From Desulfovibrionaceae bacterium (GTDB lineage: Bacteria > Bacteroidota > Bacteroidia > Bacteroidales > Tannerellaceae), in assembly GCA_963652435.1 (NCBI GenBank), contig CAVJTV010000002.1, forward strand, positions 1 through 41,394: DNA of 41,394 bases, in the 5' to 3' direction. The position numbers were made by a program, and so were the translations under genes. Below are positions 1 to 9,672 of the stretch, piece by piece. The notes below the pieces were generated by a model that was not told the origin of the DNA, searched no databases, and saw only the letters and a program-made list of their open reading frames with translations. Position 1 is the stretch's first letter; each line of letters starts with the position of its first letter.

Positions 1-1655
1 GACAATTTCTTTCGCAAGTCTTTCATCATGGAGAAAAGGACAGGGTCAACGGCACAGGTCGAACCACCACGAACCGACACAACTTCATCATCATCATCAT
101 CAAACTCGTTGTCTTTCGTTATCTTGAAAGACACCGGATTTTTCATAAAGTCTTTTCCCTTCTGTGTAACCCTCAGCAGACCATAGTTCTCGATATCCTT
201 CTTCAGATAACCGGCTATGAGAGCCTGACGAATCACAGCATTCCATGTCTTGTCGCTTTCATCCGATCCGGAACCGAAGATTTCCATCTCGTTGTGCTTG
301 TAAGACTCTATTTCGGTGGTCTCGTTTCCAACCAGCATATTGACGATATAGTCTGTCTTGAATTTCTCTTTCAGTGCAACTACAGCTTCAAGCACAGTCA
401 CCAACAATTCTTTTGCTTCCACCTGTTTCTTAGGATTCAAACAATTATCACAATTTCCACAATTCTCCTCAAGATATTCCTCTCCGAAATAATGCAACAA
501 AACCTTACGGCGACACACTGACGTCTCGGCATAACCAGCCGTTTCAAGCAACAACTGCTTTCCTATCTCCTGCTCTGCCACCGGTTTACCCTGCATAAAC
601 TTTTCCAGTTTCTGCAGATCCTTGTATGTATAGAAAGCAATGCACTGACCTTCTCCACCATCTCGACCAGCACGACCTGTTTCCTGATAATAACCTTCGA
701 GACTCTTCGGGATATCATAATGTATGACATAACGGACATCAGGCTTATCAATCCCCATACCGAAAGCAATGGTCGCTACAATGACATCCGCATCTTCCAG
801 TAGGAATGCATCCTGATTGGCAGAACGTTGTGCCGAATCCATTCCGGCGTGATAAGCAAGAGCTTTTATTCCGTTTGCCTTCAAAATATCGGCAAACTCT
901 TCCACCCTTTTTCGGCTCAAACAATAGATAATACCAGACTTGCCTTCGTTGGCTTTGATGTATTTGATTATCTCGCGGTCAATGTTTCCATCTTTCGGAC
1001 GAACTTCATAATACAGATTGGGGCGATTGAAAGAGGATTTGAAAACCACAGCATTCGTCATACCAAGGTTCTTCTGAATATCATGCTGCACCTTCGGAGT
1101 GGCAGTAGCCGTCAATGCAATCACAGGACGTTCCCCTATCTCATTGATGATCGGACGTATCCTGCGATACTCCGGACGGAAATCATGCCCCCACTCAGAG
1201 ATACAATGTGCTTCGTCGACTGCATAAAACGAGATCTTTATAGAGATCTTTATATTTCTCAGAAACTCCACATTTTCTTCCTTCGTCAGCGACTCGGGAG
1301 CGACATACAACAGTTTCGTGCGACCGGAAAGTATATCTGACTTTACCTGTTCAATAGCCGACTTGTTCAGCGACGAATTGATAAAATGAGCAACCCCGTC
1401 TTCTTCGCTGAAATTACGCATGGCATCCACTTGATTCTTCATCAAAGCTATCAGAGGGGAAATGACTATTGCCGTTCCCTCCATCATAAGAGAAGGCAAC
1501 TGGTAGCAGAGAGACTTACCGCCTCCGGTAGGCATCAACACGAATGTATCATTTCCTGCCAACACATTTTCTATGATTTCCTTCTGATTTCCCTTGAAGG
1601 AAGCGAAACCAAAATGGGTCTTCAAACACTCAGTTATTATATCCTTCTTTGCCAT
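1..1655 (-). CDS. recQ: DNA helicase RecQ (3' end runs off the window)
   Basis: Manual translation from ATG 1655: MAKKDIITECLKTHFGF...MPTGGGKSLCYQ (motif I)...VDEAHCISEWGHDFRPEY (motif II). Still in frame at 87-101 (DDDDD). Absent from the ORF track because there is no stop in the window. Confidence 0.95.
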   Translation of the reverse strand, partial: MAKKDIITECLKTHFGFASFKGNQKEIIENVLAGNDTFVLMPTGGGKSLCYQLPSLMMEGTAIVISPLIALMKNQVDAMRNFSEEDGVAHFINSSLNKSAIEQVKSDILSGRTKLLYVAPESLTKEENVEFLRNIKISIKISFYAVDEAHCISEWGHDFRPEYRRIRPIINEIGERPVIALTATATPKVQHDIQKNLGMTNAVVFKSSFNRPNLYYEVRPKDGNIDREIIKYIKANEGKSGIIYCLSRKRVEEFADILKANGIKALAYHAGMDSAQRSANQDAFLLEDADVIVATIAFGMGIDKPDVRYVIHYDIPKSLEGYYQETGRAGRDGGEGQCIAFYTYKDLQKLEKFMQGKPVAEQEIGKQLLLETAGYAETSVCRRKVLLHYFGEEYLEENCGNCDNCLNPKKQVEAKELLVTVLEAVVALKEKFKTDYIVNMLVGNETTEIESYKHNEMEIFGSGSDESDKTWNAVIRQALIAGYLKKDIENYGLLRVTQKGKDFMKNPVSFKITKDNEFDDDDDEVVSVRGGSTCAVDPVLFSMMKDLRKKL

Positions 1656-1687
1656 ACTCAATTATATGTTTTATAAACCATCCGCAA

Positions 1688-2917
1688 TCATGCTATCTGC
1701 AAACGGTTCACATCAGACTTTTCAATCTTTTCCTTCGCATACGCCAACGTAATATGAAGTTTCCTTTTCCTCTCCGATGGCATGCTGAACATCGCATCCA
1801 TCATAATAGCCTCAACAATGGAGCGAAGACCACGGGCACCCAACTTAAACCCCAAAGCCTTGTCTACGATATATTCGTACACATCCTCATCAAACGTCAG
1901 CTTGATCGCATCCATCTCGAAGAGCTTCACATATTGCTTGATAATCGAATTCTTCGGTTCTGTCAAGATACTGCGAAGCGCACTACGGTCGAGCGGATTG
2001 AGATAAGTAAGAATCGGCAAACGACCGATAATCTCCGGTATCAATCCAAACGACTTCAAATCGGTCGGCGTAATGTATTTAAGGAAATTGCTCCTATCAA
2101 CCTGCGCCGTTTCTTTACAGGCAGAATACCCAACTACACGGGTATTCAAACGTTGGGCTATTTTCTTCTCTATGCCGTCGAAGGCACCACCACAAATAAA
2201 CAAGATGTTTTTCGTATCCACCGCAATCATTTTCTGCTCGGGATGTTTCCGCCCGCCCTGAGGAGGAACGTTTACAATCGAACCTTCCAACAGCTTCAAC
2301 AAACCCTGCTGCACTCCCTCCCCACTCACATCGCGAGTTATGGAAGGATTGTCGCCCTTACGGGCTATCTTGTCTAACTCGTCAATAAACACTATCCCTC
2401 TCTGCGCAGCAGCCACATTATAATCGGCAGCTTGTAATAAACGGGTCAAGATACTTTCTATATCCTCTCCCACATAACCGGCTTCGGTAAGCACCGTAGC
2501 GTCGACAATAGCAAACGGAACATGAAGAAGTTTTGCTATCGTACGAGCCAGCAAGGTCTTTCCTGTACCGGTAGCCCCTACCATGATGATGTTCGACTTT
2601 TCTATCTCCACATCATCATTGGTGATTTTCTGAAACAAACGCTTGTAATGATTGTACACCGACACGGAAAGATATCGCTTCGCTTCATCCTGCCCAATCA
2701 CGTACTGATCCAAAAAGGCCTTTATGCCTTCCGGCTTCGGCAGTTTCTTCCAATCAAGGTCAGAAGAGCCTTTTTCTATCGGAAGATTTTCCTTTACAAT
2801 TTCATACGCCTGCTGTACACACTCGTCACATATAGCTCCGGAAATACCGTTGATCAATAGCTTTACTTCCCTACTGCTTCTACCACAAAACGTACATACA
2901 TCGCCTGTCTTGGCCAT
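1688..2917 (-). CDS. clpX: ATP-dependent Clp protease ATP-binding subunit ClpX
   Basis: C4 zinc finger (CTFC...CDEC), Walker A GATGTGKT, Walker B IVFIDE, GYVG pore loop, RKHP loop. Confidence 0.97.
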   Translation of the reverse strand: MAKTGDVCTFCGRSSREVKLLINGISGAICDECVQQAYEIVKENLPIEKGSSDLDWKKLPKPEGIKAFLDQYVIGQDEAKRYLSVSVYNHYKRLFQKITNDDVEIEKSNIIMVGATGTGKTLLARTIAKLLHVPFAIVDATVLTEAGYVGEDIESILTRLLQAADYNVAAAQRGIVFIDELDKIARKGDNPSITRDVSGEGVQQGLLKLLEGSIVNVPPQGGRKHPEQKMIAVDTKNILFICGGAFDGIEKKIAQRLNTRVVGYSACKETAQVDRSNFLKYITPTDLKSFGLIPEIIGRLPILTYLNPLDRSALRSILTEPKNSIIKQYVKLFEMDAIKLTFDEDVYEYIVDKALGFKLGARGLRSIVEAIMMDAMFSMPSERKRKLHITLAYAKEKIEKSDVNRLQIA

Positions 2918-2928
2918 ATACCTTCTGA

Positions 2929-3615
2929 TTATTTTATTGTTTTGTCATTTGCCTTCTCGCGAACCAATATCTCATCCACCATACCGTAAGCCTTTGCTTC
3001 TTCTGCAGTCATCCAATAGTCTCGGTCGCTATCTCGCTCAACTTCCTCGTATGATTTTCCCGAATGATTTGAGATAATCGTGTACAATTCTCTCTTTACC
3101 TTCAATATTTCACGAGCTGTTATCTCAATATCCGAAGCCTGTCCTTGTACACCTCCTAAGGGCTGATGTATCATAACGCGCGAATGAGGCAATGCCATCC
3201 GCTTACCTTTTGCTCCAGCCACGAGCAATACGGCAGCAAAAGATGCAGCCATACCGGTACAAATTGTAGAGACATCGCATCCGATAAACTGCATCGTATC
3301 ATAAATGCCATAACCCGCATACACGGAACCGCCCGGTGAGTTTATATAAATGGAAATATCCTTCCCCGGATCACTCGAATCAAGATACAAAAGTTGCGCT
3401 TGAATGACGCTCGCCGAATAATCGTCGACCTGCGTTCCAAGGAAAATAATACGATCCATCATCAAACGCGAGAACACGTCCATCTGCGCAACATTCAGTT
3501 GACGTTCCTCAATAATTGTCGGAGAGATATAACTGCTGGTGATGTTCATGTAACTGTCCAGCGCATTGCTATTCATCCGCAAATGTTTTGTCGCATACTT
3601 TTTAAAATCGTCCAT
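2929..3615 (-). CDS. clpP: ATP-dependent Clp protease proteolytic subunit ClpP
   Basis: [29 protein letters not shown] (catalytic Ser), RVMIHQP (His); sits between tig and clpX. Confidence 0.97.
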   Translation of the reverse strand: MDDFKKYATKHLRMNSNALDSYMNITSSYISPTIIEERQLNVAQMDVFSRLMMDRIIFLGTQVDDYSASVIQAQLLYLDSSDPGKDISIYINSPGGSVYAGYGIYDTMQFIGCDVSTICTGMAASFAAVLLVAGAKGKRMALPHSRVMIHQPLGGVQGQASDIEITAREILKVKRELYTIISNHSGKSYEEVERDSDRDYWMTAEEAKAYGMVDEILVREKANDKTIK

Positions 3616-3802
3616 AACCTACCTGTTGTATAAACCGAAATCACAAAAGGGACCTCCCTCTCTCTTATCGGGGAAACAAAATTATAAATAAATCTCTGAA
3701 GGAAATCATCTATCGTTGCCCGACAAGATATTTTTTGAGGGAAATCCCTTTTCTCCAACAGAAGCTGCGCGACAGAACCGCAGCCTCCATACGAGAAGTA
3801 TT

Positions 3803-5185
3803 TTATTCAAAGAGCTTGTTAAACTCTTCAGCCGACACTTCCTTTACTTCCAAGGTAACCTGTTCTTTCAACCAGTCTGCCAGCTTCTCTTCCATTGCAC
3901 GGTCAATGATGTTCTGCATCGTTTTCTTGTCTTTCAGCATATCCTTTGCATAACGCGTCACAACATCTTCGGGAACGGAAAGCATGCCGTATTGCGCGAA
4001 CTGAGCCTTTGCGACACGTTCGGCAAAGCTTTCCAAGTAGGCATCCTCAACTTTTAGATTGTTATCCTTCACCAACTTCTCTTTTATCAACTGATATTTC
4101 AAGTCTTCGATAATATGAGGATATTCTTCATCGAGCTTCTCCGGTGTGTTTTTCTTGTTCGCAACAAGCAACCAACGTTTCAACATTCCGTCAGCAAACT
4201 TCAGCTCGCCTGCTTTCTTCACCAACACCTCGCGGGCATCCAACAGGAACTTATAGTTTGCCTGCGGAACAAACTGCCCCGACAGTATCTCCTTGATCTT
4301 TGCCTTGAACTCTTCCTCGCTCTTCACCGTGCCTTCGCCAAACACCTTATCGAACAAAGTCTGGTTTACCTCTGCATCATTGTGACGTGTAATTTCCTTA
4401 ATCTCAAAGCTGAAATCGCCTGTCGTTTCCTTCACAGCAGCCTTATCAATTTTCAAGAAAGATGCCAGCTCCGCCTCATTGCCTTCGTAAGCCTTGTATG
4501 GATTGAACACGACAGAAGCTCCCTTCGCAGCACCGACAAACTTATCTTTCTCGTCGGTATCCTCCATATATGACGGGATGAGGACAGCGTCCTTAACAAC
4601 TATACCGCCCTCTTTCGGCGCACCGTTTTCCAACTCCGTGACAACGCCTTTTATCATGTCTTTTTCTTCCACGCTGTCCGCTTCGTCGTATGAACCATAG
4701 GTCGACGCATACGACTCTACCTGTCGGTTTACTGCATCGTCATCGATAACAACATGATAAGTCGTCAGCTTGTCTTTCTTGCTCAGACTGATGTTAATCT
4801 CCGGAGCCAAGGCAACGTCGAAACAAAACTCAAAATCCTCCTGGGTATCGAAATCGATCGGCTTCTGCTCCGTCTCGTTCGGCAACGGCTCGCCCAAAAC
4901 GTTCAGTTTGTTTAACGGCTCGCCCAAAACGTTCAGTTTGTTTTCATGGATATAGTTAAACAGTTTCTCGGAAACCACCTTGTTGATCTCTTCCACCTTC
5001 GCCTGCTTCCCATACATTTTCTTTATCATACCCATCGGCACCATACCTTTACGGAAACCCGGCACATTTGCCTTCTGACGGAAGCTCCGCAGGCTCTTTT
5101 CCACCTGCTCAGCGTAGTCCGCTTTCTCTATTTCTAACTTCACAATACCGCTAACGGCATCAATGTTCTTGAGCGAAACGTTCAT
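3803..5185 (-). CDS. tig: Trigger factor
   Basis: PGFRKGMVP ribosome-binding motif; tig-clpP-clpX order. Start set at ATG 5185, downstream of a -7 element at 5228-5235. Confidence 0.93.
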   Translation of the reverse strand: MNVSLKNIDAVSGIVKLEIEKADYAEQVEKSLRSFRQKANVPGFRKGMVPMGMIKKMYGKQAKVEEINKVVSEKLFNYIHENKLNVLGEPLNKLNVLGEPLPNETEQKPIDFDTQEDFEFCFDVALAPEINISLSKKDKLTTYHVVIDDDAVNRQVESYASTYGSYDEADSVEEKDMIKGVVTELENGAPKEGGIVVKDAVLIPSYMEDTDEKDKFVGAAKGASVVFNPYKAYEGNEAELASFLKIDKAAVKETTGDFSFEIKEITRHNDAEVNQTLFDKVFGEGTVKSEEEFKAKIKEILSGQFVPQANYKFLLDAREVLVKKAGELKFADGMLKRWLLVANKKNTPEKLDEEYPHIIEDLKYQLIKEKLVKDNNLKVEDAYLESFAERVAKAQFAQYGMLSVPEDVVTRYAKDMLKDKKTMQNIIDRAMEEKLADWLKEQVTLEVKEVSAEEFNKLFE

Positions 5186-5227
5186 TCTGAATGATTTATT
5201 TGTTATTAGTTTTTCGATTTTGACGGG

Positions 5228-5375
5228 CAAAAATATAGCTATTCTTCCAATCTCGCAAATTGTTTATTGAGTTTGTGGCACGCTGCGAAGCCCGCCTTCG
5301 GGCATTGTAAGGGCACAGTGCACGCAATTTCATCGCGCCATACGTAGCTCAAACGAGGCGTTTTTCCTACTTTTG
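5228..5375. promoter_or_regulatory. Divergent Bacteroidetes sigmaA -7 elements for tig and the M23 peptidase gene
   Basis: TATTTTTG on - strand at 5228-5235; TACTTTTG on + strand at 5368-5375 (consensus TAnnTTTG). Confidence 0.65.
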
Positions 5376-5399
5376 CCCGCCGTAAAATTAGCATAGCAA

Positions 5400-6206
5400 A
5401 TGACATCTAAGATATATTCCTACACACTGTCTCTCGTCCTACTCGTCACACTGGCCACCCGCTCGACGGTCTTTTCCCAACAGACGCCGCCCGCATCAAA
5501 AGGGGCAGCCGTAGCTTCGCCTCCGACAACCAACGTTGCACTACCCAATGCAGACTCTTTATTTCAAATAGCAACACCCGAGCTGAAGAAGACAGAATAT
5601 GCCCGCAAGAATATCACGGAGAACTTCTCCGATATGGATAAGGCGCACATTGCCGTGCAAGACCCGAAGCTGATGGCAGGCGAGCGGCAGCTCGTCATCG
5701 ACCTCTCGCTCATGAGCAAAGACGACTATGCCTTTCCGCTGCCCGGGGCAAAGGTCATCTCGCCTTATGCGGGTCAACGGAGGCATCATTCAGGAGTGGA
5801 CCTGAAGACGTTCCCCCGCGACACGATTGTGGCAGCCTTCGACGGTATCGTGCGCATGGCAAAGCCATACGCCGCATACGGCAATGTGGTGGTCATCCGT
5901 CATTACAACGGACTTGAAACGGTGTATAGCCACAATTCGAAGAACCTCGTGAAGGTCGGTAAGCGTGTGAAGGCAGGCGACCCTGTGGCACTCACGGGAC
6001 GCACCGGAAGGGCAACCACCGAGCATCTCCACTTCGAAGTGCGTATCAACGGTCAGCACTTCAACCCCGACAAGGTGTTCAACATGACAACGCGCAAACT
6101 GCGCAGCACCTGCCTCGTTGCCACCAAAACCGATGGCAGAATAACCATAAAAGCCATCGCCCCTTCCCCCGTTCAAAAAGAAAACAAAGCCGCGCGGAGG
6201 AACTAA
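5400..6206 (+). CDS. M23 family metallopeptidase (exported)
   Basis: Signal-peptide-like N-terminus; HSGVD (HxxxD), YGNVVVIRH, HLHFEVR (HxH). Confidence 0.9.
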   Translation: MTSKIYSYTLSLVLLVTLATRSTVFSQQTPPASKGAAVASPPTTNVALPNADSLFQIATPELKKTEYARKNITENFSDMDKAHIAVQDPKLMAGERQLVIDLSLMSKDDYAFPLPGAKVISPYAGQRRHHSGVDLKTFPRDTIVAAFDGIVRMAKPYAAYGNVVVIRHYNGLETVYSHNSKNLVKVGKRVKAGDPVALTGRTGRATTEHLHFEVRINGQHFNPDKVFNMTTRKLRSTCLVATKTDGRITIKAIAPSPVQKENKAARRN

Positions 6207-6238
6207 ACGTCCACGCAACCTTGCGGAATGGTGCCGGC

Positions 6239-6385
6239 GCATGAATCTTGTTATTTCCAAACCTGCGAGAGGCAGGATTCGCATGAATCTTGCCATTCCC
6301 GACCTGCATGAAGCAGGATTCGCACGAATCTTGCCATTCCCGAAGCTGCATGAAGCAGGATTCGCACGAATCTTGCCAAAACCTC
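6239..6385 (+). repeat. Tandem array of 41-42 bp hairpin-containing units (about 3.5 copies)
   Basis: Unit GCAGGATTCGCAyGAATCTTGCCATTCCCGA..CTGCATGAA at 6272, 6313 and 6355 (partial), plus a partial copy from 6239. Confidence 0.9.
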
Positions 6386-6394
6386 AGATGCGCG

Positions 6395-7024
6395 TCACCA
6401 TTTTAGATAGTCTTCGAACGTAATCTTTTGGAAGTTGGGGATCACCTCGTAAACTTTACCCCTCAGCGATTCTGCGGGATTGGTGGTTGACAGTCCGATT
6501 ACCCGCATCCCGGCTGCTGTCCCCGCCTGTATGCCGGCAAAGGAATCTTCGAAGACAAGGCAATCGGCAGGCGACACATTCAGGTCTTTTGCAGCAAGAA
6601 GGTAACACATCGGGGCGGGTTTCCCCTTCGTGATACGGCCGGCGGTAACCACCGCGTCGAACAGACCATCAAGGCTGTGGAGCTTGAAGACACGCGCCGT
6701 CTTTGCTTCGTCGGAACTGGTGACAAGCCCCATCTTCACGTCATGCTCTTTCAGCATGTGCAAAAACTCCACCGAGCCGGGCATCGCCGGCAGTGGCATC
6801 GCCTTTTCATACTCCGTGGATTCTTCGGTCAGTCTCCGGTGCGTCTCCTCCGAACGGTCGGAAAAGAAGGTATCGAGGATGTGAGGAAGCGTCGTGCCCT
6901 TGACGGATGCGGCAAAATTAGGGATGCCGGTTTCATACCGTATGCCTGCTTCATTCCAAAAAATATCGTAGATGGGTTCGGTGTCGATTATCACACCGTC
7001 GAGGTCAAAGAGAGCTGTTTTCAT
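6395..7024 (-). CDS. HAD-superfamily hydrolase (beta-PGM/CbbY-like phosphatase)
   Basis: FDLDGVIIDTE (motif I), VTSS, GKP, FEDSFAGI; -7 element TACCTTTG on - strand at 7060-7067. Confidence 0.9.
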   Translation of the reverse strand: MKTALFDLDGVIIDTEPIYDIFWNEAGIRYETGIPNFAASVKGTTLPHILDTFFSDRSEETHRRLTEESTEYEKAMPLPAMPGSVEFLHMLKEHDVKMGLVTSSDEAKTARVFKLHSLDGLFDAVVTAGRITKGKPAPMCYLLAAKDLNVSPADCLVFEDSFAGIQAGTAAGMRVIGLSTTNPAESLRGKVYEVIPNFQKITFEDYLKW

Positions 7025-7193
7025 TTTCGTAAAACACAGTTGTCAATAGTTTCGACGGGCAAAGGTATGTCGGCTTCGGCAAAAACAGGCACGCCTCGGC
7101 AACATTACCCTGCAATCCTGCCGAGGGATATGATTTTTGTCATTATTTTTGCCGCCGAAGGGAAAAAATGATACATAAAAACATAACGCTAAC

Positions 7194-8030
7194 GTGTTGA
7201 AGAATCTAATTAAACGGGCACTGACGGGCATTATCTTCGTTGCAATCTTGGTCGGAGTCATCTGCTATAATTCCATTTCGTTCCTTATCGCATTCGGACT
7301 GATCACCGGACTGACATTGTGGGAATTTTACGGATTGATGAAGAACTACGAGGGCGCGACCATCCGGCGTGCCGTCTCGTCCGTAGGGGGCGCGTATCTG
7401 TTCGCTGCCACCTTTGCCTACACCTTCCATCTGTCGGACAGCACAGTGCTTTTGCCTTACCTCCTATTCCTTGTATATACGTTGGTTGCCGAGCTATACC
7501 GCAAAGCACCAAACCCGATCAACGATTGGTCGTTTACCATGTTTGCGCAGGTGTACTGCGCCGGGACGTTCTCGATGCTGAACCCGATTGCCACCCGACA
7601 GTGTGCTTCGGGGGAGGTCGTCTATTCGTCCTTGTTCGTCATGGCGATATTCATCTTCATCTGGCTGAACGACACCGGAGCCTATCTTGTCGGTTCGCTT
7701 ATCGGAAAGAGAAGGCTGTTCGAGCGCATCTCGCCGAAAAAATCATGGGAAGGGTTCTTCGGAGGACTTGCTGCCACAGTGATTGCCTCGCAGGGGTTGG
7801 CATGGTATGCACCGGAAGTGAGCCGATGCAACTGGCTCGGGCTATCGGTCGCCGTTGTTGTGTTCGGCACATGGGGCGACCTCGTGGAATCGCTGCTGAA
7901 GCGCACATTGGGAGTAAAAGACTCGGGAAACATACTCCCCGGGCATGGCGGGATGCTCGACAGGTTCGACAGCCTGATGCTTGCCATCCCTGCCGCATAC
8001 ATATACATAAGGCTGTTTATTCAAAATTGA
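7194..8030 (+). CDS. cdsA: Phosphatidate cytidylyltransferase
   Basis: Multi-TM; ISPKKSWEG and KRTLGVKDSGNILPGHGGMLDRFDS signature; -7 element at 7144-7151. Confidence 0.93.
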   Translation: MLKNLIKRALTGIIFVAILVGVICYNSISFLIAFGLITGLTLWEFYGLMKNYEGATIRRAVSSVGGAYLFAATFAYTFHLSDSTVLLPYLLFLVYTLVAELYRKAPNPINDWSFTMFAQVYCAGTFSMLNPIATRQCASGEVVYSSLFVMAIFIFIWLNDTGAYLVGSLIGKRRLFERISPKKSWEGFFGGLAATVIASQGLAWYAPEVSRCNWLGLSVAVVVFGTWGDLVESLLKRTLGVKDSGNILPGHGGMLDRFDSLMLAIPAAYIYIRLFIQN

Positions 8031-8721
8031 ACGTCAGCGACACCATGCGGGAGGTTGCCTTCGACAATGCGTTCGGATACTTGATAAGGTCGACGTCCGT
8101 TAGGTCGTTGCGATCTTTTTGAAGCAGATCCACCAATCCGAAGCTAAACTTCAACTCCGGGCACAGCTTAAAGAACGGCAGGTATATGTCGCACCCGATG
8201 CCGAACTCCAATCCGAAGTCGCCCCCCTTCATCAAGACAGGCATTCCCTTCTTACGCCCGAGGTTCATTGCCCCATACACACCGCCAATCAGATACGGAC
8301 GGTAGTTGTTCAACCGAAGGGCGGAATATTTCACGTCGAGCGGAAAGCTCAGTATCGTGGAGCGGACAGAGGTGGAAAACTCTTCGCCGGTAGTCTGCTC
8401 GCGAAACAAAAACTTTTTGTCGCCGAAATGCACCGTAGGAATAAAGCGCAGATTGAAATAAGGATTCAGATACATATCCCCTATCACGCCGACACTGAAG
8501 CCGGGCGAATAGTTGGGAATCTCGGCAAACCAAGTCTCGCCATCGGTTGTCACACCCGTGTTTGTCAACAGCAAATCCTGCGCATGCAGCCCGACATGAA
8601 AACCCAGATGCACCCACTTCTGGTCGGCATACGGCTGGTTCTTCACCTTCTCTGTCTGTGCCTCGGCACAAGGAAAGAGAAACCCGCTTATCAGTAGTAA
8701 AAACAATAGACGTCTCAACAT
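8017..8721 (-). CDS. porT: PorT/SprT family type IX secretion outer-membrane beta-barrel protein
   Basis: Signal peptide, PYADQKWVHLGFHVG, LNNYRPY, C-terminal LTFNFE; 14-bp 3' overlap with cdsA. Confidence 0.8.
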   Translation of the reverse strand: MLRRLLFLLLISGFLFPCAEAQTEKVKNQPYADQKWVHLGFHVGLHAQDLLLTNTGVTTDGETWFAEIPNYSPGFSVGVIGDMYLNPYFNLRFIPTVHFGDKKFLFREQTTGEEFSTSVRSTILSFPLDVKYSALRLNNYRPYLIGGVYGAMNLGRKKGMPVLMKGGDFGLEFGIGCDIYLPFFKLCPELKFSFGLVDLLQKDRNDLTDVDLIKYPNALSKATSRMVSLTFNFE

Positions 8722-8831
8722 TCAATCAATTTTGAACAATAACGAAAAAGGCAGAGACTTATTGCAGGAATACAAATAAAAGCTCTACATTTGCGCCTGA
8801 CTAATAGTTAATAATTTAAACGTTTAAGAAA

Positions 8832-8999
8832 ATGGCTTATTTAATTGGTGATGACTGTATCGCTTGTGGTACTTGCATCGACGAGTGCCCGGTAGGAGCA
8901 ATCTCGGAAGGTGATATCTATCATATCGACCCGGATATGTGCGCAGACTGCGGCACTTGTGCAGACGCTTGTCCTACAGGAGCAATTAGTCCGGCTTAA
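8832..8999 (+). CDS. 2x[4Fe-4S] ferredoxin, 55 aa (not in the ORF track)
   Basis: MAYLIGDDCIACGTCIDECPVGAISEGDIYHIDPDMCADCGTCADACPTGAISPA: two CxxCxxCxxxCP motifs; -7 element TACATTTG at 8786-8793. Confidence 0.95.
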   Translation: MAYLIGDDCIACGTCIDECPVGAISEGDIYHIDPDMCADCGTCADACPTGAISPA

Positions 9000-9043
9000 C
9001 TAACGGCTGCCACGAGAGTGGAGATACAAGAAAGAAAAACAAC

Positions 9044-9080
9044 GGCGGGCTGTTCTTTGAAACAAAGAGCAGCCCGTCTT
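9044..9080. terminator. Hairpin between the convergent ferredoxin and DUF3276 genes
   Basis: GGCGGGCTGTTCTTT...AAAGAGCAGCCCGTC inverted repeat. Confidence 0.7.
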
Positions 9081-9100
9081 CTCTCTACGCTATCCTCAGC

Positions 9101-9454
9101 TCAAAATTCGATATCCAGCTTTATGCCATCCGGACCTTCGCCAGTCTCGGAATCCGAAGCATCCTCGGGGCTTCGTTGCTTGATATACTCCATCACATCG
9201 TTCATCCCGTTCACGAACTTCTCGAAATCTTCCCTGTAAAGGAAAATCTTGTGCTTCTCGAAGGCTACTTGAGAATCGTTCTTCGACTGCACCTTCTTGC
9301 TCTCGGTTATTGCCAAAAACAATTCATCCCTCAAGTTTCTCTTCACATCCAGGTAATAAATCCGCTTACCAGCTTTTATGGCTTTGGAGTATAGTATCTC
9401 CTTGTCGCCACCTTCACCCTGTGTTTTCTTCACCAATTCATCCATATTAGCCAT
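9101..9454 (-). CDS. PUR-family DNA/RNA-binding protein (DUF3276)
   Basis: YSKAIKAGKRIYYLDVK...LAITESKK...FEKHKIFLYREDFEKF; divergent from nusB. Start codon uncertain. Confidence 0.85.
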   Translation of the reverse strand: MANMDELVKKTQGEGGDKEILYSKAIKAGKRIYYLDVKRNLRDELFLAITESKKVQSKNDSQVAFEKHKIFLYREDFEKFVNGMNDVMEYIKQRSPEDASDSETGEGPDGIKLDIEF

Positions 9455-9672
9455 GTTTTTTATCAAAACCTACCCTGTTTCATAACTTGCACCAAATGTG
9501 AGCATTTTTTTTCGAGCGACAACCATCTTTACGCAGCAAAATATTTCATTTCGCCTCAAACGGGGAAATCAGCACCTTGCCGGACACAAAATCGGACAAA
9601 ACGAAAGGCGTTTGAGAAAATATCGACTACCTTTGACGCCCGATATTCATAACAAAGCAGATCTTTCAAACG

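Noticed and set aside
85..102. (TCA)6 microsatellite in recQ
   Set aside because: Encodes an in-frame acidic linker (DDDDD-E); ordinary low complexity.
294..3077. Several + strand ORFs of up to 242 aa
   Set aside because: Antisense shadows of recQ, clpX and clpP with no recognisable motifs.
5267..5352. Imperfect inverted repeat with inner hairpin GCCCG/CGGGC, first considered a tRNA or ncRNA
   Set aside because: No T-loop or D-loop consensus and weak pairing; it lies between divergent promoters and I cannot support a call.
6241..6423. 60-aa ORF with repeated LHEAGFARILP
   Set aside because: Translation of the DNA repeat array; the 41-bp unit does not preserve frame.
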